Assembly (NCBI GenBank): GCA_035532295.1
Contig: DATKRH010000242.1
Coordinates: 2,295-66,294, forward strand
Source: Streptosporangiaceae bacterium
GTDB taxonomy: Bacteria > Actinomycetota > Actinomycetes > Streptosporangiales > Streptosporangiaceae
Length of the DNA: 64,000 bases
Reading direction: 5' to 3'
Shown here: piece after piece, positions 50,579 to 59,768 of the stretch
How the letters are laid out: each line of letters opens with the position of its first letter
Position numbering within the stretch: position 1 is the stretch's first letter
The notes under the pieces: model-generated
Told to the model about the DNA's origin: nothing
What the model saw: the letters and a program-made list of their open reading frames with translations, nothing else
Database searches by the model: none
Position numbers and translations under genes: made by a program

Positions 50579-53500
50579 TTATGTGGGGTCGGCAATCCGC
50601 AGAGCCACGACGCCCTGGGTGGCGCCGACCACCAGACGGCCCGGAGGTTCCTCCTGCCAGAACTCCTGTGGCATCGCCACCTTGAGGACTTCGCAGTCGA
50701 ACCGAATGGTGGCTCGTTCTTCCCAGCTGCGCTCCGCCGTCCAGGACGACAGCGTGACGGTCTCGCCGGCGGCGACGGCTACCCACGTGCAATCGATGCC
50801 CTCGTACTCGGGATAACCGCGTGGCTGAGCGGTAATGGCATTCACTTCTCCCGAGCCGTGGGGCACCTCACCTACGGATTCACGGGTCTGCAGGTTCCAT
50901 GCCAGGACCGTGCCCGCGTCGTCGCCGGAGATCACCACGGGCGTCCGGGCTAGGGATGTTGCGGCCAGGGCTCGAACGGCGCTGCTATGCCCGGTGAAGG
51001 GTGCTCCGATCCGCGCCCCGGTCTGCAGAAGCGAGACGGCGATGGTCTTATCGGTGCTGCCGGACACGATGACGGGCTGTGAATCGCCGGCATCTAGGCC
51101 GTCGGCTATCCCGACAGCGCGGATGCCTTCGGAGTGAAGCTTCCTGGGCGCCCCGATAGCGACCATCTTGGTGAGGTCCCAGACAGCCACGTGACCGTCG
51201 CCGCTGGCTGAGACAGCGACCGGCCCAATGCCAGGCAGCGTGGCGACGGCGAGCGCTCGAACCCAGTCCCCGTGTACACCCAGCCGGCCCAGAAGTCGTC
51301 CACTTGCGAGATCCCACACCTTCAGCCGATGATCAACGCCACCAGAGACGATGATCGGGCGGTCTGCCGCGGCAACAGCCAGCGCGCGGACGCCCTGGTG
51401 GTGGGCCGCCAGTATGCGCTCCTCCTGCGTCCGGTCCCAGTCCAGGTCTCGGATCTGGATGGTGTCGTCATCGCTGCCGGAGATGACCATTACCGTGTCT
51501 GCCGCGGCATCTTCTTTCTCTGTATAGTCCGCCTCAGGATCTCGCTCCGTAGGTGCGGTGACGGCGAGCGACCGCACCCAGCCACGGTGCACAGTTCGCA
51601 GCGGCGCCTTGCGTTCCAGGTCCCAGACCCGGATGATCGCGTCGCCGCCACTGGAGAAGACCACGGCCCGGCCCTCGGCGGTTCCCACTGTCAGCGTTAG
51701 CGCGCCTCCGGCATGTATCCGAGGGTGAGCCGTGACCTTCGGCGAATACCCGGAGAACTGCGTTCCTGCGGGGAACCTCGTGGTCCCCTCAGCGAACTGG
51801 ACTGTCCCGTCGGCGTGAGCGCTGGCGATCACCACCGAGTCCTGGCCGGGCACGAGGGCTATTGCCCGGACCGCCGAGGCCTGCCTGCACCACTCCTGCG
51901 ACCCGGTGTCCGTTGCCAGATCGCAGACCCGGATCACTCCGTCGTCACCACCTGAGACGACCCAGGAGGGATGTGACGGCATGACAGCCAGGGCAGTGAC
52001 GGTCTCATGCCCGCTCGCGAGGGTCCGCACCTGGTCTCCCGAAGCAGGATCCCAGATGTGCAGGACACCATCTGCGCCAGCAGAGACTATCAGCGGATAA
52101 GGCGCGGCTGGATCGAGCTCGATCTCCTGCAAGGCCCGGACCGTGCCCTGATGCCCCTGGTAACGCGCTGTCTCCTCACCGGTCGCCGGGTCCCAGACCA
52201 CTACGATTCCGTTGAGGTAGGCAGAGATGACCCGCGTTGCCGCATCGTTCGGGATGACCAGGAGCGCTGTTACCGAGGCCGGGCGCTTTGCGATCCTGAA
52301 GGGCTCCCGTTCCTCCGCGCCCGTTGCGGCATTCCAGACTCGCACTGTGGTATCGGCGCCGCCGGAGAGGATGCACGAGTGCCCGCCGATGTCCGTTACC
52401 GCGAGAGCGCTCACATACTGGTGATGGCGTCTCAGGGGGCGCCCCATCATGGCCCCGGTGTCCGGATCCCACCGCCGTATCGTCGCATCGGTACTGCCGG
52501 AGATCAGCCGGTTCCGACCGTCGATCTGGGTGAATAGCAGCGACCGGATCTTCTGCTGGTGCCCCGTGAATGCCTCGTTGGCTGCTCCTGCTGCGGTGAG
52601 GTCCCAGATCCTGGGTATCCCGTCATCGCCGCCTGAGATGACGATGGCGCGGTTGCCGGCGTCGGTCACGGCCAGGGAGCGAATTTTCGCGTCGTGTCCG
52701 GTGAAGGGCGCGCCGATCGGAGTGCCGTTCGCGGCGTCCCAGACCCGGGCGGTCTTGTCGGCGCCGGCGGAGACGATGACGGGCCGGCCGTTCACCTCGG
52801 CGACCGCTAGCGCCCAGATCCCGTAGGTATGCACGGCCAGGGCGTCGCGCCGGGCGTCCTGGATCGCCGGATCCCAGACGTAAATGGCGCCATCATCGCC
52901 GGCGGAGACGATCATGGGCCGCTCGCCGAAAGTGGCGGTCGCAAGCGCCCGCACTGCCCGCGTTCCCCAGTGGTGCGTCAGAACGCGGGGGATGGGAGGA
53001 ACCAGGCTCCACACATGAACGTCGCCGCTAATACGCGCTGTGACGACATGGGTGGCGTCGCCCAGCCGGATCACGGTGATCGCGGTGACCTGGGTTCTGT
53101 ACCTGTCGTATGCTTTTCTGACTTCTTGGCCGGATTGCGGATCCCATAGCCGGACCGTGCCGTGGGCATCGCCAGTAACGACGGTTGTACCGCGGCGCAG
53201 GTGTGCTACTGCCACCCCTCGCACCGGGGCCTTGTGCGCGGTGAACGTCGTCATGGCCGTATCGTCGTTGGCGGCTAGGTTCCAGACCCGGACCGCGTAG
53301 TCTTCTCCGGCGGATACTACGATCGGCGTGCCGTCCTCAAGACTGCCTGCGGCCAGCCCTAGAATGCCGCCGCTGTGCGCGTGGGAGATGGCGCGGATCA
53401 GGACGCCCCGCAGCACATCCCAGATCCGGATCCCGCCATCACCGCCTGCCGTTACCACGACCGCCCGATCGTCGGCCAGTGTCGCGGTCGCCACGGTCTG

Positions 53501-55795
53501 GACCGCGTCGGTGTAGCCGGTGAGCCGGACGTGCGGCTGCTGCTGACGCCAGGTTGCCCAGGTGGCCTGCCACGGGGCCTGGCCTGGTCCAGTTCCGAGG
53601 CCGATGCGGCTCGCCAGAGCGTCCGCTCCCCGGCATCGGGCTGCAAGGGATAGCTGCGCGAGCAGCGCATGCACGTCGTCTGGGCTCCGTCCGCCCCCTG
53701 ATCCGGCCGTGGCCACCTCAGGACGCGCGGTGAGTGCAGCAAGCGCGGAGCTGTAGGCGTCTGCGACGGCCCGGTGTCGCGGCTCAGTCAGGCTGCCCAG
53801 GACGGCACGCAGCTCGGCGTCTCGGCCATGCGCCAGGAAGCCCGGGTCCAGCACCAGTTCGTCGATGTCGTCAAGGAATCCGCCGGCGACCGCATGCTCA
53901 AGGAGGTGATCACGCAGGTAGGACGATGCCCGTGCCCAGTTGCGGGTCGCGCCTGGGCGCTGCCGGACCTGGTCAAGCAACGTCCGGGTAATGGCCTGCT
54001 CATCGGCGGCCAGGTCACGCTTGCCCCGCGGAGGCCGGTCGGCCGCTCTTAAGTAGGTGCTCAGCGACTGGTGGTATAGGTGGAAGAGCGGTCGATCCGG
54101 CTCGGCGGACGGACTCGCTACCACATAGGAGCTCGCATGCTTGCGGATCCAGTCGAGGTCGGCATTCCCGTACGTCGTAGCGCCACTCGGCCGCAGCGCG
54201 TTGGCTAGCGGCAGCCATACCTCCGCCCACGGGATGCCGTTACCCCGGCCGTAGGCAAGCGGCAGCAGCAGGTCAATGGCGCGCTGGGCCTCGCTGGCCC
54301 GCAGCCGTGCCTGGAGTTCCGCCTGCATAGCCGGGCCAGCGTCCTTCGGAAGGTCACCCTTCCACCGCTCGCTGCGAGGGTCCGGCAGTTCCCTGATCCG
54401 TGCCTGCGCCCTGGCGATCGCTTCGCCAATGTAAAACGAGGATCCGGCGATGTCGACGATGGCGTCCACAGCAGCCCGGACCACGGCGTCGTCTGCGTCC
54501 CGCCACGGCGATGAGTAGTCAGGCACATCTGCGCTCAGAGGATCCCGACCACGCAGCACCGTCTCCACCCATCCGTGAAGCGCAACGGGATCCTGATACT
54601 CCCCGTCGAGATCAATGACCCTTTCATCCTGGGCTGCTGGTCCAAAACCCGCCAGCGGCATGACCTGCCCGCGGCCGCCGAGCAAGAAGCGAACAGGCGA
54701 TTCCGGGTCAGTGGTGAGTGGCTTCAGCAGTATCTGGCCGAGATCATCGAGGTCCTGGGACGACCCCGCTTCACCATCCTCCTGCATGGACTCCTCATCG
54801 AGCGCGTCGAGCAAGACAGTCATCTGCTTGTGCCGCGCCCGCAGGTAACCGACGAGTGAGGCAACCCCATCCGCCAGACTCTGAGCACTTCTGATGCTCG
54901 CGATTTCGCTCGTCGACATGCCCGCCGCTTCTGCCAGGCGGACGAGAATAGTGCGTGGGACCATGTTGCGCACGTACAGGGCGATGTCGATGGATACTGC
55001 AGGCGGAAGGCAGTCTTCGGGAAGCCAAACCTTGACCCAGTGGCGGTGCCCCGAGGCCAGATGGGCTATCAGGCCGAGCAGGGCGGTCTTGCCGGATCCA
55101 GGGCCGCTCGTGACGAAGCACGACTCGCGGTCTCCTGCGTTGGCGAGCCACACAGCGATCTTGCGCAGCGCACCATGCCGACCCTCGAACGTGCTCAGCC
55201 CTCGGCTGAACTCAGTCGCGATCGCCTGCTGCCCGGGCAGTTGCTCCCTTGGCTGGCCGCGACGAGCCTCCTCCTCCCTGGTCGGAAGAGGCGGCCTTGA
55301 ACCTAGCGGGCGCGGCGGGTTATACGGCTGCTCGAATATATGTCGCAGGATTGAGTCGATGCCTTCCTGCGTGAAGCTCTCAACTCTAAAGCGCGTCCGG
55401 CCCGCGGGGGTCAGCCAGTCAGGCAGATCATCGGCCGAGCGTCCGGGGAGCACGACCGGCATGATTTGCTTGTTTACGGCAGCATCCCCAAGATTAAAAA
55501 TCTTGTTCCTAAGTAGTCGTGCTTCATAGCGCACCCCTCGCCCGACTTCAGACGCATCCTCTGAGTCGGCGTAGATCCTATAGCCTGGGGAGGCGATGAC
55601 CAAAATGTGATCGGCATCGACTGCTTTGCTCATCCACATCGGCCACTCTTGTGCCTCAGCGTGCTCATCCCAGAATGCGTCGACGCCGTTATCGCGCAGG
55701 ACATCGCAGAGTCTCCCCACGGCCGCGATGTGATCTGGGCTCTCCCGTGCGAACGAGATAAACGCCCGTGGCGGCAACTTCTCCCCATCAGCCAT
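50579..55795 (-). CDS. NLR-like STAND protein: TIR/SEFIR-like N-terminus, NACHT-type P-loop NTPase, WD40 repeat array
   Basis: N-terminus: PRAFISFARESPDHIAAVGRLCDVLRDNGVDAFWDEH...ADHILVIASPGY. Walker A: CFVTSGPGSGKTALLG. Walker B: MTVLLDALDE. The C-terminal 1000 aa or so consist of WD-type repeats (H..V.alav....g...vvSgg.DgtvRvWD). Confidence 0.9.
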   Translation of the reverse strand: MADGEKLPPRAFISFARESPDHIAAVGRLCDVLRDNGVDAFWDEHAEAQEWPMWMSKAVDADHILVIASPGYRIYADSEDASEVGRGVRYEARLLRNKIFNLGDAAVNKQIMPVVLPGRSADDLPDWLTPAGRTRFRVESFTQEGIDSILRHIFEQPYNPPRPLGSRPPLPTREEEARRGQPREQLPGQQAIATEFSRGLSTFEGRHGALRKIAVWLANAGDRESCFVTSGPGSGKTALLGLIAHLASGHRHWVKVWLPEDCLPPAVSIDIALYVRNMVPRTILVRLAEAAGMSTSEIASIRSAQSLADGVASLVGYLRARHKQMTVLLDALDEESMQEDGEAGSSQDLDDLGQILLKPLTTDPESPVRFLLGGRGQVMPLAGFGPAAQDERVIDLDGEYQDPVALHGWVETVLRGRDPLSADVPDYSSPWRDADDAVVRAAVDAIVDIAGSSFYIGEAIARAQARIRELPDPRSERWKGDLPKDAGPAMQAELQARLRASEAQRAIDLLLPLAYGRGNGIPWAEVWLPLANALRPSGATTYGNADLDWIRKHASSYVVASPSAEPDRPLFHLYHQSLSTYLRAADRPPRGKRDLAADEQAITRTLLDQVRQRPGATRNWARASSYLRDHLLEHAVAGGFLDDIDELVLDPGFLAHGRDAELRAVLGSLTEPRHRAVADAYSSALAALTARPEVATAGSGGGRSPDDVHALLAQLSLAARCRGADALASRIGLGTGPGQAPWQATWATWRQQQPHVRLTGYTDAVQTVATATLADDRAVVVTAGGDGGIRIWDVLRGVLIRAISHAHSGGILGLAAGSLEDGTPIVVSAGEDYAVRVWNLAANDDTAMTTFTAHKAPVRGVAVAHLRRGTTVVTGDAHGTVRLWDPQSGQEVRKAYDRYRTQVTAITVIRLGDATHVVTARISGDVHVWSLVPPIPRVLTHHWGTRAVRALATATFGERPMIVSAGDDGAIYVWDPAIQDARRDALAVHTYGIWALAVAEVNGRPVIVSAGADKTARVWDAANGTPIGAPFTGHDAKIRSLAVTDAGNRAIVISGGDDGIPRIWDLTAAGAANEAFTGHQQKIRSLLFTQIDGRNRLISGSTDATIRRWDPDTGAMMGRPLRRHHQYVSALAVTDIGGHSCILSGGADTTVRVWNAATGAEEREPFRIAKRPASVTALLVIPNDAATRVISAYLNGIVVVWDPATGEETARYQGHQGTVRALQEIELDPAAPYPLIVSAGADGVLHIWDPASGDQVRTLASGHETVTALAVMPSHPSWVVSGGDDGVIRVCDLATDTGSQEWCRQASAVRAIALVPGQDSVVIASAHADGTVQFAEGTTRFPAGTQFSGYSPKVTAHPRIHAGGALTLTVGTAEGRAVVFSSGGDAIIRVWDLERKAPLRTVHRGWVRSLAVTAPTERDPEADYTEKEDAAADTVMVISGSDDDTIQIRDLDWDRTQEERILAAHHQGVRALAVAAADRPIIVSGGVDHRLKVWDLASGRLLGRLGVHGDWVRALAVATLPGIGPVAVSASGDGHVAVWDLTKMVAIGAPRKLHSEGIRAVGIADGLDAGDSQPVIVSGSTDKTIAVSLLQTGARIGAPFTGHSSAVRALAATSLARTPVVISGDDAGTVLAWNLQTRESVGEVPHGSGEVNAITAQPRGYPEYEGIDCTWVAVAAGETVTLSSWTAERSWEERATIRFDCEVLKVAMPQEFWQEEPPGRLVVGATQGVVALRIADPT
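50582..53525 (-). repeat. WD40 repeat array, about 20-21 divergent units (consistent with three 7-bladed propellers)
   Basis: Units counted by eye in the translation. The units are diverged rather than near-identical. One unit carries an acidic insertion (TERDPEADYTEKEDAAAD). Confidence 0.75.
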
Positions 55796-55817
55796 GAACT
55801 CAAGGTTAACGAGGCCG

Positions 55818-55836
55818 TGTCATGCGTGGTATGACA
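55818..55836. promoter_or_regulatory. 6-bp inverted repeat (TGTCAT-N7-ATGACA) in the divergent promoter region between the NLR-like gene and the 2-TM gene
   Basis: Read directly from the sequence. It lies 23 nt upstream of the NLR-like start codon in a locally AT-richer spacer. A short palindrome could arise by chance. Confidence 0.2.
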
Positions 55837-56024
55837 TCAGAATAATGGACAAAGACCTTTACAGTCCCTGATGTCCGTGCGGAGGACGCCCTGCGGTTGG
55901 TCCCGGCATGCTCCGCGCCGTCGCCTACCCTGTATCGACGGCCGTCGCCGGAAGCAGGTCGCGGAGTCCATGGAGCGATGTGTATGCTACCCGACCTCAC
56001 GATTGCGCACACAGCGTGAGCGCC

Positions 56025-56696
56025 ATGAAGCTGCGCTTCAGCGGCCGCTGGTCTCGCATGGCGCTGGGACTCCCTGTCGGCGCGGCAATAGGCGCGGCCG
56101 TGTTCTGGGCCGGCCAGCTCCACGGAGCAGGCCTGTACCTGCTGACAGGGGCTACGGCCGGGGCCGTCGCCGGCCTGCTAGTGCACGCCTACAGCGGCAG
56201 TGTCGGGCTGCAGGACGTGACCATCACCATTCCGCAGCTATCGCAGCTGCACTTTATCGTGTCGCCGGATAACCGGCTGGTCGCCTGGCGATTGTTCATC
56301 GAGACTACGACACGGGTATCGACTCAGCCGCTGGTGCCCGACAGCGGCAACCTGCGCGAGGCCCTGACCTCTCTGTACAACCTTTTCCAGGAAGTGCGGA
56401 CCAGCCTAAAGGAGTCCAGGCCCTCCCGGTCAGCGTCGAACGGGCCGACTGTCGAGGAACTCGGCGTCGCGATGCTGAACCTGGAACTGAGGCCGTTCCT
56501 AGCTCGCTGGCACCCGCGGCTAGCCGAGTGGGAGGGCAGCCACCAAGGCGAGCCGGAACGATCATGGGAAGGCAACCTGCAGTGCCGGGCTGAGCTGGCC
56601 GAGTTGCAACAGCGGCTGGGCAGGTACGTTACCGGATTTGCTGCTCTTGCCGGGCTCCAGTCCATCACGGCGTGGCCGCCACCAAACGGAAAATAA
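56025..56696 (+). CDS. Hypothetical membrane protein: two N-terminal TM helices plus a helical soluble domain
   Basis: MKLRFSGRWSR then MALGLPVGAAIGAAVFWAGQL and GLYLLTGATAGAVAGLLVHAY, then about 170 aa of non-repetitive sequence. Start ATG 56025 chosen; alternatives are 55908 and 56058. Confidence 0.55.
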   Translation: MKLRFSGRWSRMALGLPVGAAIGAAVFWAGQLHGAGLYLLTGATAGAVAGLLVHAYSGSVGLQDVTITIPQLSQLHFIVSPDNRLVAWRLFIETTTRVSTQPLVPDSGNLREALTSLYNLFQEVRTSLKESRPSRSASNGPTVEELGVAMLNLELRPFLARWHPRLAEWEGSHQGEPERSWEGNLQCRAELAELQQRLGRYVTGFAALAGLQSITAWPPPNGK

Positions 56697-56771
56697 AGGC
56701 GGGTCCGTGCTGGATGCAGGAAGGGCGGCAGGCGTACTCGCGTAACGCCGGGAAGGCCTTCGCGCTCTAAT

Positions 56772-57420
56772 ATGCAAGCAATGGCACTTAGATCGCCGGG
56801 CGAGGCCAGGTCTGATGACATCCAGCGCCTGCTGCGCCGGGCGGACTGGGATGTCGACGGGATCCGTGATGACGTGCGGGACATCGGCGAGTCGGGCTGG
56901 CTGGCCGGTTTCGTCGAGGCGGCCGGCCGTGCGCGACGGCGGGGCGCTAGCCGAGGGCTTCCTCGGCTGCTGCCCGATTACTCGCTGATCGACACGGCCA
57001 CGAGGCTGGAAGCCACTCTCACCTGGGAGGATCAAGGGCCGGAGAAGGACAGCGTCTACCACAGCGAGCTGCGGGACTACGGGCGTCCGGCCCGTTATGC
57101 CCTGACCGAGTTTGCCCCAGGCAACCTCTACTACATTCCCGGCTATCGTCACAAGATCTCCGGACTGGACATTGGCACGCCTGCCCGGCCCGCCTAGTGA
57201 CCGCCACCATGCCCGACCACGGGACCGGGCGCGGCGCCGGTTCCTGATCCTGCACGACACGCTGCCCGGCGGCACCGGATACCTCCACCGCCTGGCCGAC
57301 GAGGCTGACTTCCGCGAGCACATCGACGGTGACAAGTTCGACCTGCGGTCGTCCTGCCCGGTGAGGATGTCGAGGCCGCGAATCGCACCGCTGCTTACAC
57401 GGCAGCGGGCTGGCACGTCC
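56772..57420 (+). pseudogene. Decayed remnant of a DUF1998-type (MrfA/DrmB-like helicase-associated Zn-binding) domain gene
   Basis: RYALTEFAPGNLYYIPGYRHKISGLDIG in one frame and RRFLILHDTLPGGTGYLHRLADEADF in another. These resemble the conserved EFAPG...Y..G and l.l.D..pGGtGy..rl blocks of DUF1998 domains. Here the blocks are much closer together than usual and separated by stop/frameshift. Confidence 0.35.
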
Positions 57421-57528
57421 TGGAGCAGTTCGACCGCAGTCACGCCCGGCGGCAGCGGCGCGTCGTTCCCGAGCACGACGATCCCAGCGGCAGCGGGGGG
57501 GCGATTGCGCGGACGGAAGTATTTACGG

Positions 57529-57543
57529 CACAATGATGTTGTG
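57529..57543. promoter_or_regulatory. Perfect palindrome CACAA-N5-TTGTG immediately upstream of sufR (candidate SufR operator)
   Basis: cacaatgatgttgtg read directly from the sequence. It sits in an AT-richer patch just before the sufR ATG (57550). Confidence 0.3.
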
Positions 57544-57549
57544 AAAAGC

Positions 57550-58356
57550 ATGGGACTGGATGACGCGAGCGCTCGCACCCCTGGTGGTGCGCAGGTCAGC
57601 GTCGCCCCTGCCCAGAAGTTCACCACGCAGTCGGCCCTCCTCGCCTCGCCGGCCCCCGCCCAGCCGGGCTCGGATCGGGGCACCAGAGGCCACATCGCGC
57701 GGCTGATCCTGGAAAACGGCCCGGTCACGGCGGCCGGCCTGTCGGCCCGGCTGGGCCTCACTCCGGCGGCGGTCCGGCGGCACCTGGACAACCTGCTGGC
57801 CGACGGCCTGATCGAGACGAGGATCGCCCGCACCTACGGGAACCGGGGCCGCGGCAGGCCCGCGCGGATGTTCGCGATCACCGACGCCGGCCGCTCCGCG
57901 TTCGAGCATGCCTACGACGGCCTGGCCAGCAGCGCGCTGCGGTTCCTCGCCGAGACCGCCGGGCCAGAGGCCGTGGCGCGGTTCGCCCGGCAGCAGGTCT
58001 CCGAACTGGAGCGCCGTTACCGGCCCGTCGTGGACGCCGCCGCGCCCGGCCAGCGCGTCCAGGCCCTGGCCGAGGCGCTGTCCGCCGACGGGTACGCGGC
58101 CGGCGCCAGCGGTGCGCCGGCGGCCGGCGGGGGAGAACAGCTCTGTCAGCATCACTGCCCGGTGGCGCATGTCGCCGCGCAGTACCCGGAACTTTGCGAG
58201 GCGGAGACCGAGGCCTTCGGCCGCCTGCTCGGCACCCCCGTGCAGCGCCTCGCGACCATTGCCCACGGCGACGGCATCTGCACCACGCACGTCACGGCGC
58301 CGGGGCTAGGGCACAACCGCAACATCGACACCAAGTCCGGAGGAACCTCCGCATGA
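57550..58356 (+). CDS. sufR: Fe-S cluster assembly transcriptional regulator SufR (ArsR-type wHTH)
   Basis: w[33 protein letters not shown]-terminal Cys cluster (CQHHCPV...LCEAE...GICTTH). ATGA overlap with sufB. The ORF-track start at 57112 fuses it with the upstream remnant. Confidence 0.85.
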   Translation: MGLDDASARTPGGAQVSVAPAQKFTTQSALLASPAPAQPGSDRGTRGHIARLILENGPVTAAGLSARLGLTPAAVRRHLDNLLADGLIETRIARTYGNRGRGRPARMFAITDAGRSAFEHAYDGLASSALRFLAETAGPEAVARFARQQVSELERRYRPVVDAAAPGQRVQALAEALSADGYAAGASGAPAAGGGEQLCQHHCPVAHVAAQYPELCEAETEAFGRLLGTPVQRLATIAHGDGICTTHVTAPGLGHNRNIDTKSGGTSA

Positions 58357-59768
58357 CGACTACTACGGCACACCCCGAGCTAGAGGGGCTGGAGCGTTAC
58401 AAGTTCGGCTGGGCCGACTCAGACGTGGCCGGCGCCACGGCCCGCCGCGGCCTGTCCGAGGACGTCGTCCGGGACATCTCGGCCAAGAAGAACGAGCCCC
58501 AGTGGATGCTGGACCTGCGCCTCAAGGGCCTGCAGCTGTTCCGCCGCAAGCCCATGCCGACCTGGGGCTCTGACCTGTCGGGGATCGACTTCGACAACAT
58601 CAAGTACTTCGTGCGGTCGACCGAGAAGCAGGCCACCAGCTGGGACGAGCTGCCTGCGGACATCAAGAACACCTACGACAGGCTGGGCATCCCCGAGGCC
58701 GAGAAGCAGCGGCTCATCGCGGGTGTCGCCGCCCAGTACGAGTCCGAGGTCGTATACCACAAGATTCGCGAGGATCTTGAGGAAAAGGGCGTCATCTTCA
58801 AGGACACCGACACCGCGCTGCGCGAGCACGAGGACCTGTTCCGGGAGTACTTCGCCACGGTGATCCCGGTCGGGGACAACAAGTTCGCCGCGCTCAACAC
58901 CGCGGTGTGGTCGGGCGGCAGCTTCATCTACGTGCCCAAGGGCGTGGATGTGGAGATCCCGCTACAGGCCTATTTCCGGATTAACACCGAGAACATGGGC
59001 CAGTTCGAGCGGACGCTGATCATCGTCGACGAGGGCGCGAACGTCCACTATGTCGAGGGCTGTACCGCGCCGATCTACTCCTCGGACTCGCTGCACTCGG
59101 CGGTCGTCGAGATCATCGTGAAGGCCGGCGCGCACTGCCGCTACACGACGATCCAGAACTGGTCGGCCAACGTCTACAACCTGGTGACCAAGCGTGCCGT
59201 GGCCCAGGAGGGCGCGAGCATGGAGTGGGTCGACGGGAACATCGGGTCCAAGGTCACGATGAAGTACCCGGCCGTCTACCTGATGGGCGAGCACGCCAGG
59301 GGGGAGACCCTGTCCGTGGCGTTCGCCGGGCCGGGCCAGCACCAGGACGCCGGGGCCAAGATGGTGCACTGCGCGCCGAACACGTCCTCGTCGATCGTGT
59401 CCAAGTCGGTGGCCCGGGCGGGCGGTCGCACCTCCTACCGCGGCCTGGTCCAGGTGCAGGAGGGCGCCGAGCACTCCAAGTCGACGGTCAAGTGCGACGC
59501 GCTGCTGGTCGACGCCGTGAGTCGCAGCGACACCTACCCCTACGTCGACGTCCGCGAGGACGACGTGGAGATGGGTCACGAGGCCACGGTCTCCAAGATC
59601 TCCGAGGACCAGCTGTTCTACCTGATGAGCCGCGGCATGACCGAGGACGAGGCGATGGCCACCATCGTGCGCGGCTTCGTCGAGCCCATCGCGCGCGAGC
59701 TGCCCATGGAATACGCCCTTGAGCTCAACAGGCTGATTGAGCTGCAGATGGAAGGAAGCGTCGGCTGA
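58353..59768 (+). CDS. sufB: Fe-S cluster assembly protein SufB
   Basis: [20 protein letters not shown] start and strongly conserved SufB body (…[17 protein letters not shown]…HCAPNTSS…). Confidence 0.95.
   Translation: MTTTTAHPELEGLERYKFGWADSDVAGATARRGLSEDVVRDISAKKNEPQWMLDLRLKGLQLFRRKPMPTWGSDLSGIDFDNIKYFVRSTEKQATSWDELPADIKNTYDRLGIPEAEKQRLIAGVAAQYESEVVYHKIREDLEEKGVIFKDTDTALREHEDLFREYFATVIPVGDNKFAALNTAVWSGGSFIYVPKGVDVEIPLQAYFRINTENMGQFERTLIIVDEGANVHYVEGCTAPIYSSDSLHSAVVEIIVKAGAHCRYTTIQNWSANVYNLVTKRAVAQEGASMEWVDGNIGSKVTMKYPAVYLMGEHARGETLSVAFAGPGQHQDAGAKMVHCAPNTSSSIVSKSVARAGGRTSYRGLVQVQEGAEHSKSTVKCDALLVDAVSRSDTYPYVDVREDDVEMGHEATVSKISEDQLFYLMSRGMTEDEAMATIVRGFVEPIARELPMEYALELNRLIELQMEGSVG

Noticed and set aside
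57112-57549. Long N-terminal extension of sufR in the ORF track (414-aa ORF)
   Set aside because: This part contains a DUF1998-like block unrelated to SufR and runs through the candidate operator. I interpret it as read-through from a decayed gene into sufR in the same frame.
56562-57833. 423-aa reverse-strand ORF across the 2-TM gene end, the helicase relic and the sufR start
   Set aside because: It has no recognisable motifs and is Arg/Pro/Ser-rich. It overlaps sufR and other better-supported features.
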